Shown here: positions 62,285-64,000 of the stretch, one piece after another | Numbering within the stretch: the first letter of the stretch is position 1 | Layout: each line of letters opens with the position of its first letter | Origin: an uncultured bacterium | GTDB lineage: Bacteria; Acidobacteriota; Thermoanaerobaculia; Multivoradales; JAHZIX01 | Direction of reading: 5' to 3' | DNA: 64,000 bases | NCBI GenBank assembly: GCA_965368975.1 | Contig: CBDUPA010000013.1 | Span: 32,001 to 96,000 of the forward strand | Notes under the pieces: model-generated | Told to the model about the DNA's origin: nothing | Seen by the model: only the letters and a program-made list of their open reading frames with translations | Databases searched by the model: none | Translations under genes and position numbers: made by a program

Positions 62285-63916
62285 ATGCTCAGAGTTTGCA
62301 ACATATCGGCTGGCAATTCCTCAGCTTCACGATCGCGGGTGCTCGTCTCCGCGACGCTCCTTCTATGTGCGTGCCAGCTCGTGGGTCTGCACGCGCAGCC
62401 CCGACCGGCCGCAGCGGATCCTGGGCGGCCGACGCATGGCCTGCCCCTGCTCGACGCCATCGAGCTGACGCTGAACCTCGACCCCAACATCGAGTTGGTC
62501 GAGGCACAGCTCGATGCCTCACGCGGTAGCTTGATGAGCGCCAGCAGCCGCTTCGATCCACAACTGACGGCTGACCTGCAGCGCGACGACGTGCGAACCG
62601 CCACGGGCGAGAACAGTTCGTCACGCTCCGAGTCGCTGAGTGCCAGCACTGGTCTGAGGTACGAGTTGCGTTCCGGACTACTGCTGACACCGTCGGTGAG
62701 CCTCGACCGCGACGAGCGCGACGCCGCGAACCAGGCCACCGTGGCTTTCAGCCTACGCCAGCCGCTGCTGCGTGGTCGGGGTCGCGATGTCGTGGCCGCA
62801 GCCGAGAGCGCGGCCGCGGGGGAGGTCGAAGCCAGCTACCACGACCTGCAGCACACCATCGCCCAGCGGCTACGCACCGTGACACAGTTCTATTGGCAGT
62901 TGCTGGCAGCTCAAGAGAACCTGGCGATTCTGCGCCAGGGTGAGGCACGGTCGCGCACGCTGATGGAAACGACGCGCCGCCTGATCGAAGCAGATGTGAC
63001 ACCGGCTGCCGACCTGATCCAGTTGCAAGCCGACCTCACCGCCCGCGAAGCCGCACGCATCGGAGGCGAAGAGAACGTCTTCTCCGCACGCCAGGTGCTG
63101 GGCCGGGAAATCGGTCTCGACGCCGAGGCCATCGCGGCTCTGCCCGCGGCCTCGGAACCGTTTCCCGAGCCCGTGCTGCCGGCGAGTCTGCGGGCGGACG
63201 CCGGACGCTTCATCGCGCGTGCACGCGCACTGCGCTCGGACCTGCAGGCGCAGCGCGTGCGTTCCGCCAACTCCCGCACGCTCGAACGCGCCGCCGCCAA
63301 CGCCGTGCAGCCGAGCCTCGACCTGATCTTCACGCCCAGCTACAGCGGCTTCACCTCGGGCAGCGCCGGCAGTGACTTTCTGGCTCCACTGTGGCGCGAA
63401 GTCCCCGGCCTCTCGGCGTCGATCGGCCTCAGCTTGACGCTGCCCATTGGGCACCGCCTGGCTGAAGGGCAGTTGTTACAAGAGCAGTCGGCACGGCGGC
63501 AGCGGGATCTGCAACGCGACTTGCTAGAGACGGCCATCGGTGCCGACGTACCCGCGGCGCTCGAAGCGGTGATCAGTGGTGCCGCACAGCTGGAGCGGGC
63601 CCGCGAAGCAGTGAGCCTGTTCGAGCAGGCGGTCGAGAACGAAGAGAAGAAGCAGCGCGTCGGTCGCTCGACGCTGCTCGACGTGATCAACCAGCGGGAC
63701 CGGCTGACTTCGGCACAACAACGCCTGGTGAACGCCCGCCTGAACCTGGCCCTGGCCCTGCTCGACTTGCGCTTCCAGACCGGCACCTTGTGGACGCCGG
63801 CACCCGTAGCAGATGGCAACAGCGGTAGCGGGGCGCGAACCGCGAACCGCGTCAGCCTGCAGCAACTCACGACGCTGCCGCCGCTACCGGCGGCGAATGA
63901 GGAGCCCGGACGATGA
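62285..63916 (+). CDS. TolC-family outer membrane efflux protein
   Basis: Signal peptide; L.LLDAIELTL..DP.I; SLRQPLLRG; YWQL; RSDL; G.STLLDVI..RDRL. Confidence 0.88.
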   Translation: MLRVCNISAGNSSASRSRVLVSATLLLCACQLVGLHAQPRPAAADPGRPTHGLPLLDAIELTLNLDPNIELVEAQLDASRGSLMSASSRFDPQLTADLQRDDVRTATGENSSSRSESLSASTGLRYELRSGLLLTPSVSLDRDERDAANQATVAFSLRQPLLRGRGRDVVAAAESAAAGEVEASYHDLQHTIAQRLRTVTQFYWQLLAAQENLAILRQGEARSRTLMETTRRLIEADVTPAADLIQLQADLTAREAARIGGEENVFSARQVLGREIGLDAEAIAALPAASEPFPEPVLPASLRADAGRFIARARALRSDLQAQRVRSANSRTLERAAANAVQPSLDLIFTPSYSGFTSGSAGSDFLAPLWREVPGLSASIGLSLTLPIGHRLAEGQLLQEQSARRQRDLQRDLLETAIGADVPAALEAVISGAAQLERAREAVSLFEQAVENEEKKQRVGRSTLLDVINQRDRLTSAQQRLVNARLNLALALLDLRFQTGTLWTPAPVADGNSGSGARTANRVSLQQLTTLPPLPAANEEPGR

Positions 63917-63975
63917 TCCCATGCCAGCAGCACAGGCCCTGAGCCCAGCGCATCCATCCTGAAGAAAGACCGACC

Positions 63976-64000
63976 ATGAGCACCAAGATCTTCCGCAAGG
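63976..64000 (+). CDS. N-terminus of a probable NHLP/NHLM-type secretion adaptor (HlyD family), truncated
   Basis: Only MSTKIFRK is visible. This resembles the typical start IFRKxALERLSSPEQLD and follows tolC. Confidence 0.4.

Overview
High-GC bacterial chromosome segment, densely coding. The gene content is suggestive of an Acidobacteriota (Thermoanaerobaculia-like) genome, but that is inference. I found no rRNA, tRNA, CRISPR array or transposase. From left to right: (1) an OmpR/HisKA two-component pair divergent from a six-gene operon (YceI, polyprenyl synthase, a degenerate cbb3-oxidase subunit I-like protein, a membrane protein fused to a CcoO-like cytochrome c, an MBL hydrolase, an MMPL exporter); (2) a TPR protein and an Nramp-like transporter; (3) a class I lanthipeptide cluster with full-length LanB, two homologous 7-Cys precursors and two LanC-like cyclases, but no adjacent transporter or protease; (4) a housekeeping block (cmk, rluB, scpB, scpA, GT4, cNMP-FHA protein, LD-carboxypeptidase, RNase P RNA, fabI, M1 aminopeptidase); (5) isopentenyl phosphate kinase next to a mevalonate (di)phosphate decarboxylase; (6) an 18-kb, 14-gene minus-strand cluster with five secreted PQQ-like beta-propellers, an EhpF-like adenylation enzyme, an acylating ALDH-like reductase, an Fe-ADH, a HemN-like radical SAM enzyme, a flavin halogenase-like enzyme, an SSS transporter, a GT4 and a thioesterase; (7) an NYN protein, a DUF4132/HEAT protein, an HExxH protein, TolC and the start of a probable NHLP-type secretion adaptor. 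The best candidates for undescribed systems are (6), (3) and (1). All product calls come from motif recognition by eye, without database searches.
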